From an uncultured Candidatus Saccharibacteria bacterium (lineage in GTDB: Bacteria > Patescibacteriota > JAUYIX01), in the NCBI GenBank assembly GCA_964435075.1, contig CAYSXT010000001.1:1-60679 (forward strand): a DNA stretch of 60,679 bases. Reading direction: 5' to 3'. Numbering within the stretch: position 1 is the stretch's first letter; every line of letters starts with the position of its first letter. The position numbers and the translations under genes were made by a program. Below the pieces are notes generated by a model. It searched no databases. It had not been told where the DNA came from and saw nothing but the letters and a program-made list of their open reading frames with translations. Below, in pieces: positions 17,567 to 27,031 of this stretch.

Positions 17567-19042
17567 TTATTTTTTGGGACGCAGAGTTGGGAAGAACACT
17601 ACCTCTCGCACATTTGAAGAATTTGTTGCTATCGCCATAACCCTATCAATGCCTAAGCCAAACCCAGCAGTCGGTGGCATGCCATACTCTAGCGCCTCAA
17701 CAAAGTCAGCGTCCATCACGTGTGCCTCTTGGTCACCTTCATCTCTTAGTTTCGCTGCCTTTTCGAATCTCTCTTTTTGATCTCGCGGGTCATTAAGCTC
17801 GGAATAAGCATTTGCAATTTCATAGCCCGCCACAACAATTTGGAATCTCTCTACTGTTCCGGGCCTATCTTGGTTTTTCTTAGCCAAAGGAGATATTTCT
17901 AAGGGATGTCCAGTTAAGATTGTTGGCTGAATAAGTTTTGGCCGTACGGCTATTTTATATAAGTTGTCCATAAGTCTACCCAAGCCCATACCTTCTTCAA
18001 CGTGCGCCTTAATTTTCCTGGCTTTTATCTCTTTAAGAAGCTTTTCTTTTGAATCTGTATTATGTAAATCTATTCCAGTTTCTTTCTTAATTGCCTCGAA
18101 GAAATCTATTCGTTGCCAGGGTAATGAGAAGTCAATCTCATGTTTTTCATAAGTAAACTTAAGAGTCTTAAATGTTTTTTTCAATACTCCAACAATCATT
18201 TTTTCAGACATTTCTATCAAGTCCTCATAATCTGCATAGGCTAAGTAATACTCCAGCATAGTAAACTCTTGAAGGTGTTGCGGTGATACTCCCTCGTTTC
18301 TAAAGTCCTTGCCGATCTCGTAAACCTTTTCGAAGCCACCAACTATCAACCTCTTTAAATAAAGTTCGGAAGCGATTCTCAAATAAAGATCTACATCCAA
18401 GGTTTCATGATGCGTAACAAAGGGTGTAGCTTCAGCACCACCCGGCAGTGGCTGTAAAATAGGCGTCTCTACTTCTAGAAAACCCTGTTGATCCAGAAAG
18501 TCGCGTAAATAGCGAATAAATAGCCCACGTTTTAAAAATATGTCTCGGGTCGTCTCGTTCATTACAAGATCAAGCTCTCTTCTTCTATACCTTGCTTCCA
18601 AATCCTTTAGTCCATGAAATTTATCTGGCAAGGGACGTAGAGCTTTAGTCAAAACTTCAAATGACTCTGCAGCTACTGTCTCCTCTTTTGTTTTTGTCTC
18701 CATGGCAGTACCTGTAACGCTAATAAAATCTCCAACTTCGATATTTTTTATGAGTTCGTACTTATCTTTTAAGGCATCTTTCTTAAGTAGAACCTGCACG
18801 GCACCCGAACCATCTTCTAGTATCCCAAAACTCACCTTGCCTAATCTTCTCAGTGCTTTTACACGCCCTACCACACTAACTTTATTGTCAGTACCTAGTA
18901 ATTTGGAAAAATCTTTTAGAAACTCTTGATTGGTGTGTGTTCTTTTGACTCGACTTGGGTATGCGTCAATACCAGTCTTTTGTAAAGCCGTTAATTTTTG
19001 CAAACGCTCTTTTAATATTCTTTTTTGCGCTGTATCTTTCAT
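17567..19042 (-). CDS. lysS: lysine--tRNA ligase (class II)
   Basis: 491 aa with an OB anticodon-binding domain and the class II motifs (FRNEG, GLGIDR). Confidence 0.95.
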   Translation of the reverse strand: MKDTAQKRILKERLQKLTALQKTGIDAYPSRVKRTHTNQEFLKDFSKLLGTDNKVSVVGRVKALRRLGKVSFGILEDGSGAVQVLLKKDALKDKYELIKNIEVGDFISVTGTAMETKTKEETVAAESFEVLTKALRPLPDKFHGLKDLEARYRRRELDLVMNETTRDIFLKRGLFIRYLRDFLDQQGFLEVETPILQPLPGGAEATPFVTHHETLDVDLYLRIASELYLKRLIVGGFEKVYEIGKDFRNEGVSPQHLQEFTMLEYYLAYADYEDLIEMSEKMIVGVLKKTFKTLKFTYEKHEIDFSLPWQRIDFFEAIKKETGIDLHNTDSKEKLLKEIKARKIKAHVEEGMGLGRLMDNLYKIAVRPKLIQPTILTGHPLEISPLAKKNQDRPGTVERFQIVVAGYEIANAYSELNDPRDQKERFEKAAKLRDEGDQEAHVMDADFVEALEYGMPPTAGFGLGIDRVMAIATNSSNVREVVFFPTLRPKK

Positions 19043-19056
19043 GTTTCTTTTAAAAC

Positions 19057-19086
19057 AGTCTAGCAGTAACTAGCCTAGTAAGACAA
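19057..19086 (-). promoter_or_regulatory. possible lysS promoter
   Basis: The minus strand reads TTGTCT, 18 nt, TAGACT, then 14 nt to the ATG at 19042. Confidence 0.3.
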
Positions 19087-19184
19087 AGAAAAAAGCCCGA
19101 CAGGCTAGACCGTCTTTATCTCACTTATTGAGAGAAAAACAGGCTGACCAGTCGGGCTTTAAACCGTTTTTACGATGAAAACGG
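19086..19184 (-). terminator. tandem hairpins downstream of the 102-aa gene
   Basis: Minus-strand RNA forms CCGUUUU-loop7-AAAACGG (19164..19184). Next comes AAAGCCCGAC...GUCGGGCUUU (19092..19160), which encloses about 50 nt and is followed by a U-run. Confidence 0.4.
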
Positions 19185-19200
19185 ACTCCTTTAAAAAGAA

Positions 19201-19509
19201 CTATTGATCGCGAGCGATTTGCTCACGTAACGCAGCAAGTTCCTCAACGAGGCCGGTGCGTTTTTGTTCCAAAAGCATGCGTCTTTCATGCTCTTCCCAG
19301 GTAAGACCACCCTGGGCAATTTCCAAGTCAAAAATGTCGTCGAGCCCCTCTCTTACGTCTTGAAGCTGTTCGTAAATAGACACGACTTGGCGGGCAACTT
19401 TATCAACCCGGCTCTGGACTGAGTCAGGTGTATTTGCTTTGCGAACTGCACTCCTCTGAAAAGGCAGCTTTTGTCGCTTAGGCGAGTCGCTTTTTGGGAA
19501 GTTATCCAT
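19201..19509 (-). CDS. hypothetical small protein (basic N-terminus, helical C-terminus)
   Basis: 102-aa ORF bracketed by a promoter-like element and hairpins. It is GC-enriched relative to its neighbours. Confidence 0.65.
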   Translation of the reverse strand: MDNFPKSDSPKRQKLPFQRSAVRKANTPDSVQSRVDKVARQVVSIYEQLQDVREGLDDIFDLEIAQGGLTWEEHERRMLLEQKRTGLVEELAALREQIARDQ

Positions 19510-19559
19510 TTATTTTTTGTGTTTATTTACAGCCCCGACGTTTTTTATGGGCAACATTA

Positions 19560-19588
19560 AGTTTATAATGGTTTAGCCATTCTGTCAA
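19560..19588 (-). promoter_or_regulatory. sigma-70-type promoter of the 102-aa gene
   Basis: The minus strand reads TTGACA (19588..19583), 17 nt, TAAACT (19565..19560), leaving about a 50-nt leader. Confidence 0.5.
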
Positions 19589-19609
19589 GGGATAACTCGG
19601 ATAAGACGT

Positions 19610-20068
19610 CTATCCTATCGAAATAATTTTATATTCAACTTCGCCGCCTGGAGTTTGAACAGAAACTTGCTCTCCTTCTTTCTTTCCGAGCAAGGCTTCA
19701 CCAACTGCTGACTCGTTTGATATTAGTCCCTTGCTTGGGTCTGCTTCATTACTACCGACTATTTCATAATCTATTTGTTCGCCGCCTAGATCCAACTTAA
19801 TTTTTGAGCCGATTATTACAGCCCCTTTAGACTTTTCTTTTGAAACTACCTCAACAGTTTTTAAAATAGTTTCTAACTCTTCGATGCGTCGCTCGACATG
19901 ATCCATCTCATCTTTTGCAGCAGCATAAGCTGCATTTTCAGATAGATCACCCTGTTCTTTAGCCTCTTGAATAGCTACAGCAAGTTCACGCTTCTTAACA
20001 TTTTTTAGGTTATCCAACTCGTCCTGATATTTTTTCAGACCAGATGGGGTTACAATCTTGTTTGGCAT
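19610..20068 (-). CDS. greA: transcription elongation factor GreA
   Basis: 152 aa with a coiled-coil N-terminal region (DLSENAAYAAAK) and a C-terminal FKBP-like domain. Confidence 0.93.
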   Translation of the reverse strand: MPNKIVTPSGLKKYQDELDNLKNVKKRELAVAIQEAKEQGDLSENAAYAAAKDEMDHVERRIEELETILKTVEVVSKEKSKGAVIIGSKIKLDLGGEQIDYEIVGSNEADPSKGLISNESAVGEALLGKKEGEQVSVQTPGGEVEYKIISIG

Positions 20069-20075
20069 GCGGGAG

Positions 20076-20104
20076 AGACTACCACGTTATGATTACACAA
20101 TCAA
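20076..20104 (-). promoter_or_regulatory. possible greA promoter
   Basis: The minus strand reads TTGATT, 17 nt, TAGTCT, then 7 nt to the ATG at 20068. Confidence 0.4.
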
Positions 20105-20114
20105 ATTTAATAGA

Positions 20115-20933
20115 TTATCGGCGTTTAGCTGCATCTAACACATTATTTAAAAGGGCCATGACAGTCATTGGACCGACACCCCCGGGTACCGCAGCGATAC
20201 TTTTAACAACTGATTCTACTTCCTCTGTTTTTACGTCACCCTTAGGTCGACCATTCACCACCTTAAACCCTGCATCGATTACGACTTGCCCAGGTGCGAC
20301 ATGCCGAGCATCAATTAATCCGGGATGACCGGTAGCTGTTACAACAAGGTCGGCTTTTTTTGTAAATTTTGTTAGGTCCTGTGTTGAAATATCTAGTAGA
20401 TCTACTTTAGCACCGATATTCTCTAATTTTTTAGCCAATGGTTTACCTACCAGCAGACCCGCACCAACAATTGTAACTTTTAATTTGTTGATCTTAAGAT
20501 TTTGTTCGTCAATGATTTTCAATATGCCTCTAACCGTAGCAGGAATAAAAATTTCTTCCCCCTTTTCCAAAGCAAGCTGGCTTTTAGTTGAAAGAGCGTC
20601 TACATCTTTTGCTAATGGAATTGAATCTAAGATTTTTTTTCTGTCTAAGTGTTTCGGTAATGGAAGTTGAACAATTAACCCATCAAAATCTTTAATGCGT
20701 TTATTGATTTCTTCTAGTATAGCTTCTTCTGAGTCACTACTTTCAAACTTAAGCAATTTTGCATCTATTCCGACTTTTACTGCGGTGGTAAGTTTTTGCC
20801 TCACATAGATACTCGAACCCTCATCATCACCAACTAAAATAATTCCCAGCCTAGGCTTTAGTAAAAGTTGTTCCACATCTTTTTTTATTTCTTGCTGCCA
20901 TTTATTTGCCAGCGCTTTTCCATCAATCCGCAT
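20115..20933 (-). CDS. folD: bifunctional methylenetetrahydrofolate dehydrogenase/cyclohydrolase
   Basis: 272 aa with the YVRQK, GAGLLVGKPLA and PGGVGPMT motifs. Confidence 0.93.
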   Translation of the reverse strand: MRIDGKALANKWQQEIKKDVEQLLLKPRLGIILVGDDEGSSIYVRQKLTTAVKVGIDAKLLKFESSDSEEAILEEINKRIKDFDGLIVQLPLPKHLDRKKILDSIPLAKDVDALSTKSQLALEKGEEIFIPATVRGILKIIDEQNLKINKLKVTIVGAGLLVGKPLAKKLENIGAKVDLLDISTQDLTKFTKKADLVVTATGHPGLIDARHVAPGQVVIDAGFKVVNGRPKGDVKTEEVESVVKSIAAVPGGVGPMTVMALLNNVLDAAKRR

Positions 20934-20942
20934 AGCTATACC

Positions 20943-22883
20943 TTACTCGTTCTGATTGTCTCTAGTAAAGTAATAGTTTAAAACCTCATGAGCCACTGGC
21001 ACAGAAAAGTCCGATCCCTCTCCCGCCTCTTCAACCAAGACGGCCAGTGCAATCGTCGGTTCTTCATATGGCGCAAAGGCAGTAAACCAAGCATGCGGCT
21101 CACCAGTACCAAATTGAGCTGTACCAGTTTTTCCGGCAGCGGCTACCGGCAAATCAGCAAGAAGACGACCAGTACCTCCATCTACTGTTGCTCGCATGCC
21201 GCGTCTGACAATTTGGATGGCTTTTTTGCCTTCAGCAGCGAGTTCATTTATCAGCTTGGGTTCTATTGGCCCATCATCACTTCCCTGCCCCTCCACGAGC
21301 TTGCCAAAATGGGGCCACCAAACATTACCACCATTTGCGATAGCTGCTGTTGCGTTAGCCAATTGCAAAGGAGTAACTAGCACAAACCCCTGACCGATGG
21401 AAGCATTATATGTATCACCCAAGTACCACGGCTCGTTCCAATTTTCTTCTTTCCATTCCGGAGTTGGCAATAACCCCTCAGCACTCCCCGGTAAATCCAG
21501 TTCTAAATCGTTTGCAAAACCAAATGCCTTTGCAATATTAACAATTCCCTTTATTCCTATGCCGGATATGTCACCATACCCTCCCCCTATCGAGTAAAAG
21601 AAGCCATTTACTGAATTAGCAATTGCATCAATTACATTTACATCTCCATGACCTCCGGGTTTCCAACCCTTAAACTCCTGGCCGCCGACCTCTATGACAC
21701 CAGTATCAAAAAATCTAGTATTTTCATCTATAACTCCCTCGGCTAAAGCGCCGACAGCAACAAAAGGTTTAAAAGTTGATCCTGGAGAATAACTGCCGGC
21801 CACAGGTCTGTTAAATAAAGGCTGATCTGGATCTTCAATTAATTGAGCATACTTATCTCCCTCAATCCCCTTTGAAAAATCATTTAAATCAAAGCTTGGG
21901 ATTGAAACCATTGCTAGGATCTCACCATTTCGAGGATCGATCGCTACAGCTGAACCTCTTTTTTCATCACTGCGCTCAACCGCTTTTGATAAAGACTCAT
22001 AAAGTTTTTCTTGTAAGCCTTTATCAATTGTCAATCTTAAGTTTGAACCAGACACAGGGGGTTCCGTCCCCAAAACGTTAATCACTTGTCCTAAAGCATC
22101 GACTTCTACATATTGTGCGCCATTTTTTCCTTTAAGAATCCCTTCATAAGAGAGCTCTATTCCTGACTTACCAATAGAATCAGTGAGCTCATAGTCTGGG
22201 TTTTCTGCATATTCCTCTGCGGTTAGCTTGCCTACATATCCAGAAATATGAGCCATTGCGAATGGAGATTCATATTCACGGATGGCCGTAGCCTCTGCTG
22301 AAAATCCAGGATAATCTGCAGATTTAGCTTGGAGGAGCAAGGCTTGATCACGAGGAATGTCTCTAAGCACAGGTACTGGATTAAAGGATAGAACATCTTG
22401 GGCCGAGTAAATTTCATTAAGTTGATCCAGACTAATTTCATATTCCTTGGCTATCTTTTTAAATAATTTTTCTTGCTGCTCTTTGTCTGTGGGTACGTCA
22501 ACAGGCCTCATTACAAGCTGATAACTAGGGACGTTTTCTACAAGCTGTTCGCCATGGCGGTCATATAATATGCCGCGTGGCGCAGCAAGCGTCACAGATC
22601 TCAAACGATTGCCTTCAGCTAGACCTCGATATTTATCACTTTGACCAATTTGAAGAAAGGCCCCCCGGCTGAGCAGGCTCACCATTAGAATTATTGAAAT
22701 TATATAAAGCCAGCGAAAATTTCTAATTTCATCTTTATTTTTAAAACGTCTTTGCTCAGCTTCGGGGTTAGCTAAGACTTCCTCAAACTCATAAACTTTT
22801 TTTCCGGAGCCTTTTATAAATCTTTCCCTGTGTTCTTGTGGCGTTGGTTCAGGCTGTATATATAGTTCGTCATGATCAGACAT
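20943..22883 (-). CDS. mrdA: penicillin-binding protein 2 (elongation transpeptidase)
   Basis: 646 aa with an N-terminal TM, a dimerisation domain, STFK (SxxK) and KTGTA motifs. It sits after mreBCD. Confidence 0.9.
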   Translation of the reverse strand: MSDHDELYIQPEPTPQEHRERFIKGSGKKVYEFEEVLANPEAEQRRFKNKDEIRNFRWLYIISIILMVSLLSRGAFLQIGQSDKYRGLAEGNRLRSVTLAAPRGILYDRHGEQLVENVPSYQLVMRPVDVPTDKEQQEKLFKKIAKEYEISLDQLNEIYSAQDVLSFNPVPVLRDIPRDQALLLQAKSADYPGFSAEATAIREYESPFAMAHISGYVGKLTAEEYAENPDYELTDSIGKSGIELSYEGILKGKNGAQYVEVDALGQVINVLGTEPPVSGSNLRLTIDKGLQEKLYESLSKAVERSDEKRGSAVAIDPRNGEILAMVSIPSFDLNDFSKGIEGDKYAQLIEDPDQPLFNRPVAGSYSPGSTFKPFVAVGALAEGVIDENTRFFDTGVIEVGGQEFKGWKPGGHGDVNVIDAIANSVNGFFYSIGGGYGDISGIGIKGIVNIAKAFGFANDLELDLPGSAEGLLPTPEWKEENWNEPWYLGDTYNASIGQGFVLVTPLQLANATAAIANGGNVWWPHFGKLVEGQGSDDGPIEPKLINELAAEGKKAIQIVRRGMRATVDGGTGRLLADLPVAAAGKTGTAQFGTGEPHAWFTAFAPYEEPTIALAVLVEEAGEGSDFSVPVAHEVLNYYFTRDNQNE

Positions 22884-23385
22884 TGGCTGCTGGGTTAAAT
22901 GTCTTTATTAACTTTCTCGCTAACCAAAGACTTAGAGCAAAGATAATAAGATCCAAGGGTAGGCGTAGTAAATAATTTGATAGTAGACTAAATATGTGAC
23001 TGCCCAGTGAAAGATTAGATCCAGCTAAATTTCCGAAAAATAAAACCAATAAGCCTCCTAGCAAACCTAGGCCAGCAGTTAATATTAAGCCAATATTTGT
23101 CATCCTGGGTAGCACTTTATGGTTAAGAAATAATGTTATAGAGGCTACTAACAAGCTAGCAATAATCCAAAGCCCAAAATGAGAAGGTAACCAAAGATCC
23201 ATTAGAGCTCCCGCTACTAGAGCTATCCAAAGAACCGCCGTAATTGGCTTAACAAAAGTAGCAATCAAAACAACCGCAATAAATATAAAATCTATGGTTA
23301 AATATGCAGGTAGAACCATACTCGGAAAAGTAAGTTGCAAAAAACTAGCAAAGATAGCCAGACTAACTGGAAAAATATATTTCAT
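22876..23385 (-). CDS. mreD: rod shape-determining protein MreD
   Basis: 169-aa polytopic hydrophobic ORF lying between mreC and PBP2. The call rests mainly on position. Confidence 0.7.
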   Translation of the reverse strand: MKYIFPVSLAIFASFLQLTFPSMVLPAYLTIDFIFIAVVLIATFVKPITAVLWIALVAGALMDLWLPSHFGLWIIASLLVASITLFLNHKVLPRMTNIGLILTAGLGLLGGLLVLFFGNLAGSNLSLGSHIFSLLSNYLLRLPLDLIIFALSLWLARKLIKTFNPAANV

Positions 23386-24188
23386 TAAAAATCAGTTACC
23401 ACATGAACAAATTCCAAACTAGTTACGTTTACTAATGGTCTGAGTCTGGCTACTTGGAATAAAGCGTTGGCCTGGTCTTCTATGGCTTCAATCGAACCAA
23501 TGACCAGACCTTTTGGTAGTTGTCCGCTAAGACCAGAGGTCACTACTAAATCGCCCACCTTAACTGCATCCTGTTGGGGTATGTCCGTCATTTTAAGTCC
23601 GAGTCCCAGTTCTCCTTTGAGTAGGCCTGTCGCTCTTGATTCTCCAATCCTGGCTGGCACAACACTCCGATCGTCGGTGATGAGCATAATTTCAGATTGT
23701 ATTGCCGATACTTTTTCTATTCTGCCAATAAAGGATCCACCCGCACTCAACACTGCACTCCCCTCTTTTATGCCGTCGCTATCTCCTTTGTTTATCACTA
23801 GTCTCTTTGTAGCACTTATACCATCATGTCCTATGACTCCTGCCATAATAGTTTTAACTTCGCTCGGCAGATCAGCTGAAAGTCTCGCCCTTAAGTCTTC
23901 GACTTCAGCTTGTACCTCACTCAGCTGAGCTACCTGAGATTTGCTTTGTTCTAACTCAAGTACTAGTTTACGATTTTCCTCTGCTAGCTCACCGATATTT
24001 CCAATTATAGAGACCGCGTTGCCAATACGCGTAGAAACAACTCGCATACCGCGCACAATAGGCTGAAAAACAAAACTAACAGCTGTCTCAACTGGCCTCA
24101 ACCAACCAAGCCAATGAAAGGCCAATAAAATAATAACTACTAAAAATACGGCTACGCTGGACTGAAAAAGAGTACGGGCCTTAGGCAT
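23385..24188 (-). CDS. mreC: rod shape-determining protein MreC
   Basis: 267 aa with an N-terminal TM, a coiled coil, then beta domains (GDLVVTSGLSGQLPKGL). Confidence 0.88.
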   Translation of the reverse strand: MPKARTLFQSSVAVFLVVIILLAFHWLGWLRPVETAVSFVFQPIVRGMRVVSTRIGNAVSIIGNIGELAEENRKLVLELEQSKSQVAQLSEVQAEVEDLRARLSADLPSEVKTIMAGVIGHDGISATKRLVINKGDSDGIKEGSAVLSAGGSFIGRIEKVSAIQSEIMLITDDRSVVPARIGESRATGLLKGELGLGLKMTDIPQQDAVKVGDLVVTSGLSGQLPKGLVIGSIEAIEDQANALFQVARLRPLVNVTSLEFVHVVTDF

Positions 24189-24197
24189 AAGAAAACT

Positions 24198-25256
24198 CTA
24201 GCGAGGAGCTTTTTCGTATTGTGTAGTGACTAGGACATCCTGAAGATGATCTAAATCCTCAAGCACAATGCCACAGCCGCGCACAACCGCCGTTAAAGGA
24301 TCATCCGCCAAATGTACTGGCATTTGGGTCTGTTCGCTTATTAGTCGTTTAAGCCCACGCAATAATGCTCCACCACCAGCTAACACAATGCCTCTGCGGT
24401 AAATATCAGCAACTAATTCAGGAGGCGTGTCCTCAACGGTTGCCTTAATATTATTTACAAGCGTATTGATAGAGCGATTCAGTGCTTGTCGAACTTGCTC
24501 ATCCGATATCCTGACCTCTTTAGGCAATCCTGTAATCAAATCACGACCTTGCATAGTAGTCTCTAAAGGCTCTTTTAGCGGATAGACAGAGCCAATCGCT
24601 ATCTTAACTTCTTCTGCTGTTCTCTCACCCAAGAGAAGATTAAACTCGTCACGAGCATATTGAATTATATTTTCGTTTAGTTCATCACCGGCAATCCGGA
24701 GGCTCCTGCTCTCGACAATTCCTCCTAGTGAAATTACTGCCACTTCAGTAGTACCACCGCCAATATCTACAATCATATTACCGGCCGGATCTTGCACTGG
24801 AAGGCGTGAACCCATTGCCGCAGCCATCGGTTCCTCAATCAAGAACGCCTGCCTGGCACCTGCATTAGTAGCAGCGTCAACGACAGCCCTTTTTTCTACC
24901 TCAGTAACACCCGACGGTATACCAATTACTACTCGTGGTCTTGGAAAAAGAGAAAAACTTTCTTTATGAACCTTTTCAATAAAATACTTCAGCATCTGCT
25001 CGGTTACTTCAAAATCAGAAATAACGCCATCCACTAAAGGCCGATTGGCCACAATATGTCCTGGTGTGCGACCAACCATTCGCTTGGCTTCGCTTCCGAT
25101 CGCTAGGACCTGCTCTGTATTTTTATTGATTGCTACTACCGACGGTTCATTAATAACAATCCCTTTTCCTCGTACGTAAACCAAAGTATTGGCAGTACCA
25201 AGATCGATACCAATATCTTGAGAAAACAGCCCGAAAAAATTATCAATAAGCTTCAT
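24198..25256 (-). CDS. mreB: rod shape-determining actin homologue MreB
   Basis: 352 aa with DLGTANTLVY, DIGGGTTEVAV and LAGGGALLRGL. Confidence 0.95.
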   Translation of the reverse strand: MKLIDNFFGLFSQDIGIDLGTANTLVYVRGKGIVINEPSVVAINKNTEQVLAIGSEAKRMVGRTPGHIVANRPLVDGVISDFEVTEQMLKYFIEKVHKESFSLFPRPRVVIGIPSGVTEVEKRAVVDAATNAGARQAFLIEEPMAAAMGSRLPVQDPAGNMIVDIGGGTTEVAVISLGGIVESRSLRIAGDELNENIIQYARDEFNLLLGERTAEEVKIAIGSVYPLKEPLETTMQGRDLITGLPKEVRISDEQVRQALNRSINTLVNNIKATVEDTPPELVADIYRRGIVLAGGGALLRGLKRLISEQTQMPVHLADDPLTAVVRGCGIVLEDLDHLQDVLVTTQYEKAPR

Positions 25257-25330
25257 ATAGACACTAAGCTCTACCTTTTTTTAGGCTAAATGGCAAGCTG
25301 TTTTCTTTCCCAAACTATCCACTACTAGAG

Positions 25331-26440
25331 CTAAAATAAATTTTTTATGTTATCGACCACTTCAAATCTAAAGAAGTCTCTAAAAGTAATTAGTACCACT
25401 AAAATTATTAATATCCCAAAACCTATCGTATGGGTCATATTCTCGACTTTTTCACTTATTTTTTTTCTACGTATTTTCTCTATTAGCAAAAACAGCAGCC
25501 GCCCACCGTCTAATGCAGGGAATGGCAAAGCGTTGATAATTCCTAAATTAATAGATAATACTGCGGCAAATTGTAGTAGCGGCACAAATCCTAGCTCTAA
25601 CACTTGTCCAGCTATAACGGCAATGCCGATAGGCCCCGCAATATTTGGATCAAGCGTTCCCGTAGTAAATAGGTCTCTTACGATCCCACCAAATAAAATA
25701 AATATAGCACCCGTGAGCAACACAGTTTGCTTGGCTCCCTGCCATATTGCTAAATACCAAGGATAGCTAACTTTGGCAGTTTTGACTAAACCAATACCTA
25801 GAGGTCCCTGTCCCTCCGGAGGATCTTGTCTAGGAGTTAGCTGGAATACTTCTTGAGACTGACCCCTAATAATTTCCACATCAAGCTGTTCTCCAATATT
25901 GTCATTGATTATGCTGATCAATTTTTCCTGTTCTAGAATTTCTTCGCCATTTACTTTGGCAACAATATCACCGGAGTGAATACCTGCCTCATCAGCCGGA
26001 GAATTCTGCTCAACAACGGTTATGCTTATAGACGACTCAGATATTGTAGCCTTTGGCGAAATTTCAATGGAATCGTCCACAACAGTAGTCGCTCCAGAAA
26101 AATTGACTATTGCTAAAAGAACAAAGGCTAAGAAGAAATTCATAATTACGCCCGCAGCAATTATAATAGCTCTAACCCAAATTGGCTTGCTGGCAAAACT
26201 TTTAGGATTGTCTTTTTCTTCGCCGCCCTCACCAAGAATCTTCACAAATCCACCAAATGGAATCCAATTAATAGAATAAATTGTATCCCCTCTTTTAAAA
26301 CCAAATATCCTTGGTGGAAACCCAAAACCAAATTCTTCTACTTTTAGGCCAGCTTTTTTTGCAGTAATAAAATGGCCAAATTCATGAACTAAAACCAATA
26401 GACCCAGTACTACAATAAAGGCAATTATAGTTGTGAACAT
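25331..26440 (-). CDS. rseP: RIP metalloprotease RseP (site-2 protease)
   Basis: 369 aa with HEFGH, one PDZ domain and NALPFPALDGG. Confidence 0.9.
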   Translation of the reverse strand: MFTTIIAFIVVLGLLVLVHEFGHFITAKKAGLKVEEFGFGFPPRIFGFKRGDTIYSINWIPFGGFVKILGEGGEEKDNPKSFASKPIWVRAIIIAAGVIMNFFLAFVLLAIVNFSGATTVVDDSIEISPKATISESSISITVVEQNSPADEAGIHSGDIVAKVNGEEILEQEKLISIINDNIGEQLDVEIIRGQSQEVFQLTPRQDPPEGQGPLGIGLVKTAKVSYPWYLAIWQGAKQTVLLTGAIFILFGGIVRDLFTTGTLDPNIAGPIGIAVIAGQVLELGFVPLLQFAAVLSINLGIINALPFPALDGGRLLFLLIEKIRRKKISEKVENMTHTIGFGILIILVVLITFRDFFRFEVVDNIKNLF

Positions 26441-26989
26441 CTAAATTTTGCTTATTTCTTCTGTCTTGTTTTCGGTGAGGGTTTTCACAGTCTCATTCAT
26501 TTCATCAATAATTTTTTGTACTTCTTTTTTACCCTTCTCTAATTCATCATCACCAAGATTATCTTCCTCGACCTTGCTTTTTAATGCCTGCAAAAAATCC
26601 TCACGAATATTGCGTAAAGAAATCCTAGCTTCTTCGGCCTGACTGTTTACGACCTTTATTAACTCCTCACGGCGTTCTGCGGTTAGTTCTGGCAATGATA
26701 ACTTTATTTGTTCACCCATACTGACAGGATTTAAACCTAAATCAGAGGACTCAATAGCTTTTATAATTTCAGCCACACTAGACTTATCCCAAGGGCTTAT
26801 AAGTATCTCTCTAGGACTTGGCGTGCTTATGCTGGCCAAACCTTTCAGAGGTTGTCTACTCCCATAGACCTCAATTTGCATGTCTTCTACGAGACTTGGA
26901 GTAGCTCTTCCAGTTCTAACTTTGTTTAAACCCTCTTTAAGATGGGCCAAAGCTTTGTCCATATTGGTTTTTACTTGATTTATATCCAT
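26441..26989 (-). CDS. frr: ribosome recycling factor
   Basis: 182 aa with a typical RRF sequence (VRTGRATPSLVE, LSLPELTAERREEL). Confidence 0.95.
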   Translation of the reverse strand: MDINQVKTNMDKALAHLKEGLNKVRTGRATPSLVEDMQIEVYGSRQPLKGLASISTPSPREILISPWDKSSVAEIIKAIESSDLGLNPVSMGEQIKLSLPELTAERREELIKVVNSQAEEARISLRNIREDFLQALKSKVEEDNLGDDELEKGKKEVQKIIDEMNETVKTLTENKTEEISKI

Positions 26990-27031
26990 GGCCAGGAGAA
27001 TGAACTTTTATCAACAAATAGTCAACTTAAC

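Noticed and set aside
19043-19200. Possible tRNA, SRP RNA, T-box or lysine riboswitch upstream of lysS.
   Set aside because: There is no T-loop (GTTCRANYC) or cloverleaf, and no SRP domain IV motifs. The 158-nt spacer is too short for a T-box or L-box and lacks their conserved boxes. It is kept only as a structured spacer or terminator finding.
25257-25330. Promoter between rseP and mreB (TTGCCA-17-TAGAGC).
   Set aside because: The -10 candidate matches the consensus poorly and lacks the final T. It is not strong enough to report as a feature.
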